Shown here one piece after another: positions 36,759 to 51,012 of a stretch of 64,000 bases of DNA. The position numbers and the translations under genes were made by a program. The notes under the pieces were generated by a model. That model was not told the origin of the DNA and did not search any database. It saw nothing but the letters and a program-made list of their open reading frames with translations. Each line of letters begins with the position of its first letter. The stretch's first letter is position 1. Source of the DNA: Podarcis liolepis (taxonomy: Eukaryota); NCBI GenBank assembly GCA_965112155.1, contig OZ218106.1; one strand, given 5' to 3'.

Positions 36759-38564
36759 TAGTTATGTTTAACTCCTGCCGAAATAAAGAGTAAGTTATTT
36801 GCATGACTACGTTAATCTGGATATAATCAGAGTGCCATATGCTGTCAGAGATTGCTTGAGAAGAAGGAATATGTTTAGCAAGACACTTTCAGATGTTCTG
36901 CAAAGCAAGCTGTGCCAGATCAACGGGAAACAAAAAGCACCCATTGTAAGCTACAGAACACTCCTACTAGTTCCCAATTTAGATACACTAGAGCAGACTG
37001 TGGATGATTTAGAGCAGTAAAACTGTACAATATTGTCCAAGAAGAGTCATTGCTGTACAAAAATAAGAATTGGTTTGATGATGAATTGTACTTGTTCCAC
37101 CATTTTTACTCTATACTTTTTGCACTTTAGTGTAAAAGAGAAAACTGGTAGGGGGTGCAAAAACTTTCCATCAGTTTTCATCATGCTTCCATCTCACTTC
37201 TAAAGTGAGAATGTATGAGAAGTGATTTGACGTCTCCACCTATAAGAGAACATCTGTATTCATCCTATGCTGCTAGTGGTTTACAGCATAATAGCCCTCA
37301 GGTAACACATCATAAGCTGATTGGGTTTAGTCTGGGTCTCTCAATTACTTGCTTCATACCCTTTGAGCTTCTTCTGACAGGAAAATTTGCACCTTTGAAT
37401 CTGTGGAATCATATAGCTAGATTGTCTCCATTTTCCAGAATGCTTTGATGCTAACTTTGATAACACTATTCTCCATTATTGAAATCACATGGAAGCAGTT
37501 ATATGTACACATGCTCCTGTGTGTGGCTGAGCCAGTGAATTATAGCTAGTCAAATATTTAGCTAAGACTCTGCATACTGGTGCTTGGAAAGAAGCATTGA
37601 CACATTTTTGCCTATACAAATTTGCACATAAAGGGGGAAAACGTAGAAGATAAGCGTCAGAAACAGTGAGGTCAGTGATAGCCAAACATTCCTGCTATTG
37701 GTTAATGGCTTTTCCCACATAGGTCTGAACATGCTGACATTTTAGGCATGCGAAAAGTCTTCTGCTTGCAGAATTCACATGTTTCTGGTGATTTTTACTA
37801 CATATTCTTCCATCGGGATTACTTGAGGAATAATTGCAGTGTTACACAACCTGATCCCACCTCGTGTTAAACCAAGACTACACAGATAGCATGACAAAGT
37901 GGGTTAAAATCTGTCTCAATGTTTTCTCTTGGACTGCTGATCTATAATTACTTACTTGCAAGTAGTCTCAGTACAGTGAACAGGATGATTTGTGACTTCA
38001 ATCTGTGAGAAAGAGATGCACACATAAATAGCCAGATGTCAAGTAAGGATGCGTTAATCTCTGCCAGGGTCATTGCCTGACTGATGACAGGATGCTGCAT
38101 GACTCATTAATGCTGTTAATAAACTATAATGTATTATCTTTGTTATCGGAGTGAATCGCATTCTGGTCTGTCTTTCCACCTTGCTGATAATGTCAGCTCT
38201 GACATTGTTCCTCATTTACATGTCACTTTCTATTCTGTTCTTCAGCTCTGACTTGATTTATAATTAAAACAATGTCATTAAGATCAACAGACTTATTGAT
38301 CTTTTCACCAAATAGTTCACATGAAGTAATTATTTCATTGATTGTGATGTCCTTTCTATGTATGTTTGGCTTCCATGGAGATGCTGTCACTTTAATTTTC
38401 CCTTAGAGGGTGTTATACCTTTTTCTTTTTTCTTTTTTGAAAATTTATCAGTATTTGGTTGTATCAAATGGTGTCACTCAGCTTACTGTAAAGCTTCCGT
38501 AAGGAAAACAGGGAAGGAAGCAGTTTTCAGTGATTCTCCCCTCCCCTGTAGCCATCCCATGCCC

Positions 38565-38723
38565 CATAGGAGTCAATTCCCAGGGGCTGTGGGGGCTTTG
38601 GCCTCTACAATAAAATATTTGAGGGGGCCGGGCCCCACAAAGTTGATGGGTATTCCCATTCAAATGGTGTGTGTGCACTGTATAATGGGCTCCCACAATA
38701 TTTTATTCAAGTTGGCACTCCTG
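38565..38723. mobile_element. hAT-type MITE nested in an older palindromic element (about 38490-38850)
   Basis: Imperfect TIRs CATAGGAGTCAATT / AAGTTGGCACTCCTG. 8-bp TSD CCATGCCC / CCATGACC. Confidence 0.7.
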
Positions 38724-40640
38724 CCATGACCCACTAAAAGTGCTTTAGATGTCTCCCTCAAACCTGTGGAGCAGATATGGAGGTTGTGAAAGGGCTGCAG
38801 GAAAATGGGTGAGTCACTGAAAATTGCTCATTTGTGATGACGGAAGCCTTACTACCACTTTTAGGGTCCAATCCATTAGGAAGTAATTATGCAATTGCTC
38901 TCTTCTCTCAAGGTCTTTTTGTAGACAGTGCAATACATTAATGCAACATGACTTCATTTAAACTCATTTTCACTCTGGTAAATTGGTTTTTGTTTTGTTT
39001 CACAACTAAAATTATTTCCTCACTCCCTCAAATTTTCTTGAAAAGCCTCATTTCTGAATTTTGATAGTGAATAGTCTCAAAACTTTACCTACATATATGG
39101 GCATCTGTATTCAGCAAAATTTTAATTCTAGGATTTTGTATCAGCTAACATTTGACAATTATCTTAGATGTAGTCATTGACATTTGGCAGTATTTGACAA
39201 AGTATATTCCTTGGTATAGGATTTAGTAAGTTTTATCTTAGGTTCACTCAGATTCTACTCTATAAACCCCAAATTTCACTTGAAATTTTGTAAAATACTG
39301 GGCAGAATCTAGCGTTGCACGAGCCATCGTGAAGGGGAAGATACCACCTTATTTTGCTCTGCTTGCAAGGTGCTTTCCACTCAGTCTTCAAAGGTTTCTA
39401 TTTTCCACTGCAGCCACAAAGGGGGGGGGGGAGATTGACTTGAAGGCTGCAGGAGGCTGCAATGGGGAGGAGATGGCAGGAAAGCCCCATTGCATGAGTT
39501 AATTTCCATTCATAGAACTTGGGGCCATATTGGCTGTAAGTCCTGGAAGACCTCTTCCTTGCCTTGCAGGCCTTTTCTCATCTAGCCTGGGAAGGCAGGG
39601 CCCTGATTGGCTTGAGCTCCATATACTGAGGCTGCTGAACAGACTCTTGGGCTGGGATGTTGTACTGGGGGTTTTATTGGTGCAAGTTGTTGTTGCTGTT
39701 GTTTTTGTTTTAGATATTGCCATTTATGTCGAAATTGTTCAGTTTGGTTGTGCATTTGTTGTTGTTTTATTTATTGTTTTATGCCTACTTTCGTTCTGTT
39801 GCCGTTATGTATTATTTTCATGTTGTAAACTACCTTGAGCATAGTCTGAACTGTGGAAAGGCAGCGTGCAAATGAACTTACATATGAATGGATCAAATCC
39901 CTTGTTTTAGCTAATTGGGCTAATTGTCAGGTTCCATGGTAGCTATGCACTTGTCAAAGGATGGCAGAGCTTTCATGTTGATGATTCTGCTGAGAGCACC
40001 ATTTGAGAATAAATGCTTTCAAAAGCTTAATATACTTCAGAGGCATCTGCTGTCACTGGAGTATCATTTCTCTAAGAAAGGTATTTTTATTTTTGAATGG
40101 AAACCACAGCTTTTATTTGCTTTTCTTATTTCTCAGCAACTCATTTGACAAACACTTATTTTGCAGGCTTTTGTCAGTGGCAGAAGGCATGCCATATTCC
40201 ACTGCGCACAAGAATAGGGTTGGTTTTTTCATTAGTATGTCTGGAACAGGTCAGTGTAAATATGTCAAGATGTTGTTGTAGTCTAATCAAATGATCATGC
40301 TGCACTAGCAGAACTGCTAAAGGGTCAAAAATGCACATATAGCCAGCTCTACAAATGTCATTTTTACAAAGCAGCTGCAGGACTTGGTGTGTATCTTTCT
40401 GTTCCTGCCCCCCCTTTCTTTTATTTTCTTTAACTCTCCACCAGTTCTATTCATTGGCTTGGATCTTAAGATTCTTTTGCATGAACGAGAGGTACTTCTG
40501 CTCACATAGGAATGGTTGATTTTCACATATCCTCCCAACACAAAAGTTGAATTTTGGGAGCTGAGAAAACCCTGCTTTGCAAGTGTTAAACCATTCGATA
40601 AGTAGAACAAGTGTTAGGATCCAAGACAATTCATTTTTTA

Positions 40641-40672
<32 letters not shown>

Positions 40673-42279
40673 TTAGTGCAATAAAGTGAAGTAAGTAAAC
40701 TGGATTCCTGTTCACTGCAGAAGCAACTTCCTAATGCTTCACTTTAAAGCAAAAGAGCAGGTACAATGTTTGCTCTAAGCCCATCTTTAAACACTTAACT
40801 GACTATGATGAACCTTGTTCTAAATTTTGTTCAACATTTTGAAAAATCACAACCTTTTTATTGGCAGCAAAATTAACAACTCACATACTTTTAGCAAATG
40901 GCAGTGTATACAGTGTATACAAGCTACCCTTGTTTTTTGTAGGAATGGTCCTCATATCAGGTTTTCACTCTGGGGCTGGATCCTGAGAGATTTAAGGGGA
41001 GCATCATGGAGACAGTAGGGCCCACCAAGCTGGATCTGTCTGAGTGGCTGGATCTGTCAGTCTTTTCTGAATTTCCCACAATGCTACTTTACTTAATGCT
41101 CACTCTGGGACATTGTGGGAAATTTAAATGGTTGCGTCCAGCTGTCATTTGCAGTTCCGCCACAACCACTACTGCTGATTAAACTCATGTTTTAAACTGG
41201 CCTTGAAGAAAATCCATTGAGACATCACCATAAGTAGCCTGTGATTTGCATTTTCAAAAATTACACATGCTATTATCAAATTGCTGAAATTGGCACCTTT
41301 CCATTTCTCTCTCTGTCTCAAGAGGATAATGAGGATCCTATGATTAGACAGTTCAATTGGAAAACATACTTTCACTGAACAATAGGTTTGCATTCGAACA
41401 ATGTTTCCTTGCTGTGATCTTACTACAAAAGGAGTTTGAGACTTTGTATCTTATACTGCTTTACAATATAGCTTGGCATCTTATACTGATTTAACCCTAA
41501 TCTGGCTTTTGATTTGCATCTTGTTTCTTCCATTATTTGCCTTCTCAGTGTGGAGCTAATGGCTGTAAGCTGCTACTGTAGCTACTTTCTCTGTCTTTCA
41601 GATTACAGAATGTATGTGCCTATGGGCTTTCCCTAGGTATGTTGAGAAACAAACAGAAACAAAAAGTATACTTATTAGAGCTTGTGTCATCAACCTTTTT
41701 GGACTGGTGAGCAAATTTCAGATTTTGAAAGAGCACCGTGGGTGTCATATACAACATGGCTGCCATGGTGATCTGGCATAACTCAAAATGGCTGCCATGG
41801 AAGCATGACAAAATTAGAATGAGTATAATCACCTAATTTCAGATTTCAACGAGGCTCTTAAACCTGTATAGTCAATCAGGTCATTTCATTTATATTTTAA
41901 CATTGATTCTGTTAACATTTGTTCAGTGGCACAAATGCTTTGGGCATTCTCTGAAGCTATGGAATTGTCCTCATTGTTCTTACAACATATCTGCACAGGA
42001 ACCTGATGGAGGAGTAGTTGCCAGCTGCTGGTAAAAATATGTATCAACTAGTTCTGTCTCTCAGATCCACACATACCTTTCTTCTGCTCTTTCCAGGTAC
42101 TTTAAAGCTCTGTGGCCAAGTGCCTTGTTTTGTTTTTTGCTCTGGCGCTTTCTCAGGAAAACCCACTCTTTAAAGCTCTGTTGGGGCAAATGGAAATCCA
42201 TGGAAACCCCTAATTAATATTTGTTCCAGTTGAATGCTAAAGAGAGGGTTTTCATGGGAAAGGCTCTGGGGCAGCAAAA

Positions 42280-42282
<3 letters not shown>

Positions 42283-42322
<40 letters not shown>
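42283..42322. repeat. (CA)n microsatellite
   Basis: Direct observation. Confidence 0.95.
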
Positions 42323-42324
<2 letters not shown>

Positions 42325-44329
42325 GCTATTTTCAGATACAGAACTTTTCAGCACAGACCTGGTCCTGGAAAGATTGGGGCAAAAGGTATATGTGGATAAG
42401 CCCTCAGAGTAAATGTGAACAGACATCAGTATGCATCTACAAGTCAGCCTCCAATAACCTTGTACCCTCCCAATGATTTGGACTATAACTCTCATCACCC
42501 CTGACCATTGGCCATAGTAGCTAGATTGGGAAAGGCTGCAGTATGTGAATGGCATGGAGTAAAGTTTAAGTGCATTGGTACTGGAGGGAATGCATGTGTG
42601 CATAGTAGCCTAGAGTCCCCTTTCAACACAATCTAGCCTAGTATAGGCTCCCATATAGCCTGGTTCAACTCATGGAGTGTTGAATATGGAAAGTTCCTAC
42701 CAAAATGTTTCTGCTAAATATCTACAGTAACTTAGAAATTGTATGTTTGTTTGCTTCTTCCACATGTTTCCAGCTATTGCCATGAGGCTAGTGGAAAGCA
42801 AACAGTTCTCGGGAAGAATTCCACCTCACACACAAGCCAGTCAATTTTAAAGCTATATCTCTAGGCACTTGAAGTGCCACTGTGTGTTTTTCAGGGAAGT
42901 AAATGAAGCCTGTTTCCTGATTACCCCAAGGTAATTTTGATGCACTGTCCAGGTTAGCTGTATTTCAGTACCAATCCAACACTACTTGTTTGTTTGGTTA
43001 CTGTGTGCAATTTATTTACCTAATGAAATCCCACTCCTATTCAGCCTGTTTTCCCCTCTAGTATAGTGCTTCTTTGCTCAAGGTAATAGAATGAATGAGT
43101 GGTTCAGAGTAAGGATTAGCATTCAGAGCCTTCCCAGCCCTCAGTTCTCTTCTGTAATCATTCTACAGCCACATTGACTTCTGGTCCTAATAGCACTTTG
43201 AATATTTTTCTCTGTAGGTATGCCTCAAGTGGCATAACTTTGCACTGAAACAACACTCTAATGAATAGAAAGTCAATGAAGGAACAAAGGAGTAATATGT
43301 AATGCAGTGCTTGGACCAGCTTTTATTGGTGTAAGGGAGTAGAGTTGGCCATTTTTATTGCCTTGCTTAACTTCTCATATTGTTCACTGTAAGATAAGGA
43401 TGGGGAACCTTTGGCCTCCAGATGTTGGGCATCAACTACCATCAGCATGGCCAGGGGTCAGGGAAGATGGGTGTTGTAGTCCGACAACATCTGGAGGGCC
43501 AGCTTCCCCATCCCTGCAGCAAGAAATTGTGTTGATGTATACAGAAAGAGGTGCTTATTGGTAGAGGTGTCAACAAAATGCAGTGGGGGAAATGTCATCC
43601 TAACCTCCTTCACAGGGCCATAGCAAGAATAAAGTGTGGGGAAACCCATAAAGCACAGAACCCTGAATTTCTTGGAAGAAGGTAGGGACAGAAAAGGAAC
43701 CAAGAATAACACATCCTGCCACTTGGCACCACAGTAAAATGGCTCTCTTCCAACTGGGAAAAGTAAGTTGATTATGAGAAATAATACACGTTTTGCCTCG
43801 GCCTAATATTTTACTTTTCAATTGAAGCTTAATATATCAAAATGGAATCTCAGAGAAAAGCAGCTGCCCATGCAGTCCTCCTTAAGAGAATGGGATCCAA
43901 TGATTCTTAAAAGGCTGTAGGGAGGCTAGAGAATAAGCAATAAAACTTAAAAGCAAGCTCCACAATAATAATTCTTAACAAAGGATAGAGGGCCAAACAG
44001 AACAGTTAAGATAATTTATGGCACAAATGTCTATAAAAAAGCCATTAAAGACAGATAAAGAATTCAAGGCAGTGACTCAGAGCTATCCTAACAGAAACAT
44101 TAAATAATTGCCTCCTCTGCAAGAGACGATATGAACTTCTGGAAGTGAAACAGTGTAAGCATTAAATCCTAAGCTAGAACATGTTAATACCAAGCGCCCT
44201 TAAAAGCATTCCTTCAAATATTAATGCTGGTGCAGAGAAATCAGGATTGGGACACCAATATAAAATGCAACAAACAAGAGGTAGGACTAAAGCAGGTCTA
44301 AATCGATGGACCCTTCATTACTTATTAAG

Positions 44330-46555
44330 TGCCATGGTCAGATCACTTCCTGGTGCAACTGGACTTCTCCGCAACCCTTCCCCTCTGCAGGGAGGTGGGA
44401 CCGATTCGGATGGTCCGCCCCCACCACTTAATGGATCCAATTGGCTTCCAGAGAGTGGTAGGGGATGCTTTATCCCAAGTTGATGACCTTTCAGCTGATT
44501 CTCTGGTGGCACGCTGGCATGCGGAGTTAACCAGGGTATTGACTGTCTGGCTCTGAAGCGCCCTCTCCGATTGCATGGAGCCCGGACAGCCCCGTGGTTT
44601 TCCCCGGAGCTGAGGGCGATGAAACAATTGTTGAGACGGCTAGAGCGGCGGTGGCGGAAAACTCATTCTGAATCAGACCGGACACGGGTTAGAGCTCAAT
44701 GTTGAGCCTACCAAGTGGCAATGGCGACGGCGAAGAGGGCCTTCTTCGCCGCCTCCATTGCATCTGCAGAAAACAGCAGCATGAGACTTTTTCAGGTGGT
44801 TCACAATCTATCGGAACCACCTGTACCACCGGGGCCTGGTAGGGACCCCAAGATCTCCTGCAATGCTTTTGCAAAGTTTTTTGCAGATAAAATCGCTCAG
44901 ATTCAGAAGGAGGTAGACTCCACCGTGGGAGCAGGGCCAGGGCGGGAGAGTGCTAGAGTTCTGTCTGGTCCTGTTACATGGGATCAATTCCAATCTGTTA
45001 CTTCCGAGGATGTGGACAGGCTGCTTGGACAAGTGAAACCGACCACCTGTCTCCTTGATCCTTGCCCATCCTGGCTGATAAAAGCGAGCCGGGAAGGGCT
45101 GGGCGATGGGCTCTGCGGGGTGGTGAATGCTTCCCTCTGTGAGGGAGCCTTCCCAGACCCACTGAAAGAGGCGGTCATTAAACCACTTCTTAAAAAAACA
45201 TCTTTAGACCCGGCCAATTTGGTCAACTATCGCCCAGTCTCAAATCTGCCATTCTTGGGCAAGGTGATTGAGCGGGTGGTTGCTGAACAACTCCAAGCAC
45301 GCTTGGAGGAAACGGACCATTTGTATCCCTTCCAATCGGGATTCAGGCCTCACCATGGGACTGAAACTGCCTTGGTCGCGCTGGTTGATGATATCCGGCG
45401 CGCTAGGGACAAAGGTGAGAGCTGTTTCCTAGTTCTGCTGGATCTCTCAGCGGCCTTTGACACCATTGACCATAACATCCTTCTGGACCGTCTAGAAGGG
45501 CTGGGAGCTGGGGGCACTGTCATACAGTGGTTCCGCTCCTTCCTCCTGGGCCGTGTCCAGAAAGTGGTGGGGGGGATGAGTGTTCAGACCCCTGGGCTCT
45601 CACTTGTGGGGTGCCTCAGGGTTCTGTCCTCTCCCCCATGCTTTTTAATATCTATATGAAGCCGCTGGGAGAGATCATCAGGGGGTTTGGACTGGGTGTT
45701 CATCAGTATGCAGATGACACCCAGCTTTACCTCTCCTTTAAATCAGAACCAGTGAAGGTGGTGAAGGTCCTGTGTGAGTGCCTGGAGGCGGTTGGAGGAT
45801 GGGTGGCGGCTAACAGATTGAGGTTGAATCCTGACAAGACAGAAGTACTGTTTTTGGGGGACAGGGAGCGGGTTGGTGTGGGGGATTCCCTGGTCTTGAA
45901 TGGGGTAACTGTGCCCCTGAAGGACCAGGTGCACAGCCTGGGAGTCATTTTGGACTCACAGCTGTCCATGGAGGCGCAGGTTAACTCTGTGTCCAGGGCA
46001 GCTGTCTACCAGCTCCACCTGGTACACAGGCTAAGACCCTACCTGCCCGCGAACTGCCTCGCCAGAGTGGTGCATGCTCTAGTTATCTCACGCTTGGACT
46101 ACTGCAATGCGCTCTACGTGGGGTTATATTTGAAGGTGACCCGGAAGCCGCAATTAATCCAGAATGCGGCAGCTAGCCTGGTGATTGGGAGTGGCCGCCG
46201 GGACCACATAACACCGGTTCTAAGAGATCTTCCTTTGCTCCCAGTACGTTTCCGAGCACAATTCAAAGTGTCGGTGCTGACCTTTAAAGCCCTAAACGGC
46301 CTCGGTCCTGTATACCTGAAGGAGCGTGTCCACCCCCATCGTTCAGCCCGGACACTGAGATCCAGCGCTGAGGGCCTTCTGGCGGTTCCCTCATTGCGAG
46401 AAGCAAAGCTACAGGGAACCAAGCAGAGGGCCTTCTCAGTAGTGGCGTCCGCCCTGTGGAACACCCTCCCATCAGATGTCAAAGAGATAAATAATTACCT
46501 GACATTCAGAAGACATCTTAAGGCAGCCCTGTTCAGGGAAGTTTTAAATATGTAA
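44330..46555 (+). pseudogene. L2 ORF2 (reverse transcriptase) remnant
   Basis: [60 protein letters not shown]. Frameshift in the G-run near 45570 and stops upstream. Confidence 0.92.
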
Positions 46556-46635
46556 CGCTGTACTGTTTTTAACACTGATTGGTAGCCGCCCAGAGTGGCT
46601 GGGGAAGCTCAGCCAGATGGGCGGGGTATAAATAA

Positions 46636-46685
<50 letters not shown>
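44330..46685 (+). mobile_element. 5'-truncated L2 LINE
   Basis: End of the APE domain (WSDHFLV), RT domain, L2-type 3' UTR and (TAT)n tail at 46636-46685. CpG-rich, hence relatively young. Confidence 0.93.
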
Positions 46686-46687
<2 letters not shown>

Positions 46688-48379
46688 TAAACTGCTTATT
46701 TATTATTATTTCTTTATAACATTTGTACCTTGGTCTTCAGCTGCAAAGTCTCCCAAAGTGGCTTTACACGAAATCAGTTAAAATTGTCCTGCAGGTTTAC
46801 AATCTAAAGGACATGGCACAGAACGGAAAGCGACCAGGGAGGGATGAGGAAAAATGCCAATTTACAAACAATTCTTAAAATTAAATAGCAGTTCTAAAGG
46901 ACTAGCATGGAATGGAAACTGTTCAGAGGCGGGGGGGCGTCTGATGGAGCAGGTCTGTCAGCAGAATGGGTAGAATGAACCTTGCTTCCCATCTCTCTCT
47001 CACTGAGGCAGCTCTTCTGTGTTTCTTCACGTGGAGGTTGCCATTGTGTGGTAAGCTGGTCGTGTGATGTGGTTTCCTATGCCTATTGGATTCTTTCCCC
47101 CAAATCAATGCAAATCTTACTTTTAAGATGTTTGCACTGCCATTGAGAAAAATGCTGCATTCGTATGGATGGTGATCCCATGCTACAAAAATAGGGAGCA
47201 ATGTGGTTGCTGTATCACGTATGAATAAGGGTTCTGTATTCAACAACTAGCTTCTTGTTCATACCTCGATACAATTTACACTTAATGCCTCTCTTGTAAG
47301 CCCAGTTGAGTTAGTGTATGGATAGCTCACTTCCCTAACTAAAAGGGTGGGAAAACTGTAGCTTTCTGGAGGTTGTTTGAATAAAACGCCCATTATGCCT
47401 GTTCACTTGCCATGCTGGCTGGGACTGGCGAAAACTGAAACCCAACAACCAATGGAGGGTCACAGGTTCCCATGTGCCTTATTAGAATTATAATTCTCCT
47501 GCTTTGTTTGTGTTGTGCTTAGGGTCTTGTATGGAATTCAGATATTAACACTTTATTTGGTTAACTATCCATATGCATAATTTTTCTCCTTTTCCATTCC
47601 AATTCTATAATTTATTGCAAACACAAAACGAATCATATTCACATGCATCTCACAAATCTAGAATTTGCCATATAGGTATATGAATTTTACCAAACGTTTA
47701 GGAGATGCGTACATAGCTTTAAGTGGGTTGTATAAGTAGATGCATTCTCAGCATTTTCCTGATATATGAATATATGCTGGGGCTGAACTTGACTTTCAGA
47801 ATAAGCCTTGTAATTTCTATGCTCACAATTTTCAACTTGACTATAGTTCAGCTCTGATTTCACGCTGCCACGACAGTGTGCTTAATGTGAAATTTATGGC
47901 TTTAAGCATACTTGACTGTGTGCCTGATTGTGGCCTATGTGCTCCTTTATACTGGGGTGGGGAACCTGTGGTCCTTCAGATGTTGATGGAGCTCAGCACC
48001 AATCAGCCTCCTTAGTCAGCATGACTAATGATCAGGAATGGTCAGAGCTGTAGTCTTGCAATACCCTGAGGTTCCCCACTCCTGCTTTATATAATGTACC
48101 GGTAATCTTCAACCACAGATAAAGTCTGAAGATTTGTACTGCTTTGGATTGCACAACTGGGGACCCACTAAGCTGAATGCTGCCCACCAGCTACAAACTG
48201 TGGCCTGCCAGTTGCTTGACAACACTCTCCTGTTCCATTTTTGCAGCCCTAGACAAGCACCCAAACCAAGGAGGTCTGCCTGCAGCCAGTGGAACAGTAT
48301 TCAGCTCTGGAAACTCTGTGCTTGACAAGTGATGTATTCAGCTGGCATAGGGACCTCCCATTCCATAATGATAATTTTA

Positions 48380-48664
48380 CTATTTATACCGCACACATCT
48401 TACTGGGTTGCCCCAGCCACTCTGGGCAGCTTCCAACATATATAAAAACATAATAAAACATAAAACATTTTTTTAAAAACTTCCCTATACAGGATTGCCT
48501 TCAGATGGCTTAGGGGTTTGATAACTCCATACCCTACAACATTTCTCCAATGAAAATAGGGACATCCTCAAGAAAAGTGGGGCATTCTGGGATCAAATCA
48601 GAAACCATGACGGCTTGTCTAAATCAGGGACATCCTTGGAAAATAGGGACACTTGGAGGGTCTG
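48380..48664. mobile_element. L2 3' tail (minus, 48380-48510) adjoining a short MITE (48528-48664)
   Basis: L2 tail motif ccccagccactctgggc. MITE termini CATACCCT(A)CAA / TTGGAGGGTCTG, with a related terminus at 2190-2260. Confidence 0.6.
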
Positions 48665-48885
48665 AGCTGGATGTGTCAGAAGTTGTTCAGAACACAATAA
48701 GAGCTTGCTGGATCAGGGATCGTGCTCTCATGGTGGGTACCCAGATGCCAAACCCTCAAGCAGGACCTGAACACGAGAACTCTTCCCTCTTGTGGTTTCC
48801 AGCAACTGATATTCAGAGCACTGTGCCCTCTGAGTTTGGAGTCAAGACATAGCTATCAAGGCTAGTAACCATCAATAGTTTTCTA

Positions 48886-49140
48886 TGAGAGCCAGTTTAG
48901 TGTAGTGGTTAAGAAAGATAGACTCGTAATCTGGTGAACCGGGTTTGTGTCTCTGCTCCTCCACATGCAGCTGCTGGGTGACCTTGGGCTAGTCATACTT
49001 CTCTGAAGTCTCTTAGCCCCACTCACCTCACAGAGTGTTTGTTGTGGGGGAGGAAGGGAAAGGAGAATGTTAGCCGCTTTGAGACTCCTTTGGGTAGTGA
49101 TAAAGCAGGATATCAAATCCAAACTCCTCTCCTCCTCCTC
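48886..49140 (+). mobile_element. Squam3-type tRNA SINE inserted into an older minus-strand CR1-like tail (about 48700-49370)
   Basis: GAGAGCCAGTTTAGTGTAGTGGTTAAG head, ctgggtgaccttgggctagtc core, (CTC)n tail. Confidence 0.8.
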
Positions 49141-49913
49141 TGAATTTGTCCAATCCTCTTTTATTGCCATCCAAGTTGGTTGCCATCACTGTCTCCTGTA
49201 GGAACAAGTTCCATAGTTTAACTATGTGCTATATGAAGAAGTACTTTCTTTTACCTGTCCTGAATTTTCCAGCATTCAGCTTCATTTTATATCCATGAAT
49301 TCTAGTGTGCTGAGAGAGACAGAATAACTTTCCTCTGTCTTCTTTCTGCACCCCAGGCATAATTTTATAAACATAATTGATTATTTAATTTCTATACTGC
49401 CTAATATATTAAAACTATCTCTAAGTGGTTGTACAGAAAACTGGAGCAACAGCAGATGACTTAAACAAAATATTATAAAAATACACCAATGCTACATAAA
49501 TGCAAAGTTACTAATATCTAAAAATCAATTATTTTCCTTCTGGCACACCCTCCCTCTCAGCCTCTGGGTTCTCACACAGGGTCCAAACAAACTCTCAGCT
49601 CACCTACAAAAATCTCACAACGAAAAGAGTTCCTGGAAACAGCAGATAGCATCCAAGTCTTTCACTCTAGACTTGCTTGTTATAGGCAGGGGTGGGTAGT
49701 ATGTCCTCATGCTGTGTCCCATTCAGCTGAACTCTCCACACCCAGTTACAAGTACAGAAGGTTTGTTGAGTTTCCCAGAGGGTACAAAGGATGGGGAAAA
49801 GGCCCCCCTCCACTCCCAGGTCTTCCTTCAATCTCTGTCCTCTCCACCTCCTCTAGCTACTTCTATCACATCATCTCTCGCTAGCCATTTCTCTACACCA
49901 GAATGGTTTAGAC

Positions 49914-50134
49914 CCGTGGTTCCCAACGTGAGGCACAAGCCCCACAGGAAGGCAATTTGATTTTTAAGGGGGCAATTTGGAAGCTTGTTTAGACTAAGTT
50001 AATGGCCTTTTAGGCTTCCTCCACATGAATAGGAGTTCACCTTTTGAATAATAAGAATTATATGTCACAGGGGGGCATCAGGATTTTAGAGATTCTTAGG
50101 TGGGGCATGGTCAAAAAAAGGTTGGGAACCACTG
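49914..50134. mobile_element. hAT (Charlie-like) MITE
   Basis: TIRs CCGTGGTTCCCAAC / GTTGGGAACCACTG. 8-bp TSD GTTTAGAC / GTCTAGAC. Confidence 0.85.
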
Positions 50135-51012
50135 GTCTAGACTTATTCCAAGTGAACCTTATGGCCAGCAGCAAATGAACATTTGGTTATACTTTAGCTT
50201 ACTCTCACACGTTTGTAACATTTGAAAAAACAATGAAAAGGGACCTATATGCATAATCAGTTTGCTTCCAAGCTTATCTTGCCATTATGAAAGGAAAATA
50301 AAATTGCCTTTCCTTCCTGTCACATTTTCCCCACCCTTCACGTCAAACTCCAAATACTTTCCCCCACAGATGAAGGTTGCAATTGTATGCACTATAAATT
50401 ACTGTAGTCAATCTGCCTGGAAATTCTGTTAGAAAGGTGCAGAACAAGGTTAGAGGTTCTGCCTAGCTGTCACAGTGTAATCATTTCAAAAGAAAACTCA
50501 GACACGTTATTAGCAATGATCTGCCTTCAGCTGATCAAACATCATGACATTGTATCACAACTTTAACATAGTTTTATAGTTTGTAAATCATATCTTATCC
50601 ACCTCGTGATTGTATTTCAGGCAGCCTAATCCTATGGATCAACTTCAGCTGCAAAAGCACCCACTATACTTTAAACGGCAAAAGATGCACTCACAACTGG
50701 CACAATGCTTTGCTATGTATCACCTGCCACAAAAGCCGCTAAGTTACATGTATTACATCAGATTTCGCAGGATGCTAAACACTTTCCACTCATAATAAAG
50801 CATAGCTATACAGCTATGCCTTGAGGCTGAAGAGTAGACCCTTTAGCACACAAGGCTGGGATTGTGTCCAGTCACCAGTGTCCAAAATGTGGAAAAGAGC
50901 ACTGTGAAATAAGCTTGAGACAGACACATTGTGCACAAATGCATAACAGCAGTAGAGTTCTAAACCAGTCGCCTTAGGAGCTGAGTAAGAATTTTCTGCC
51001 TGCTAAGCAGTG

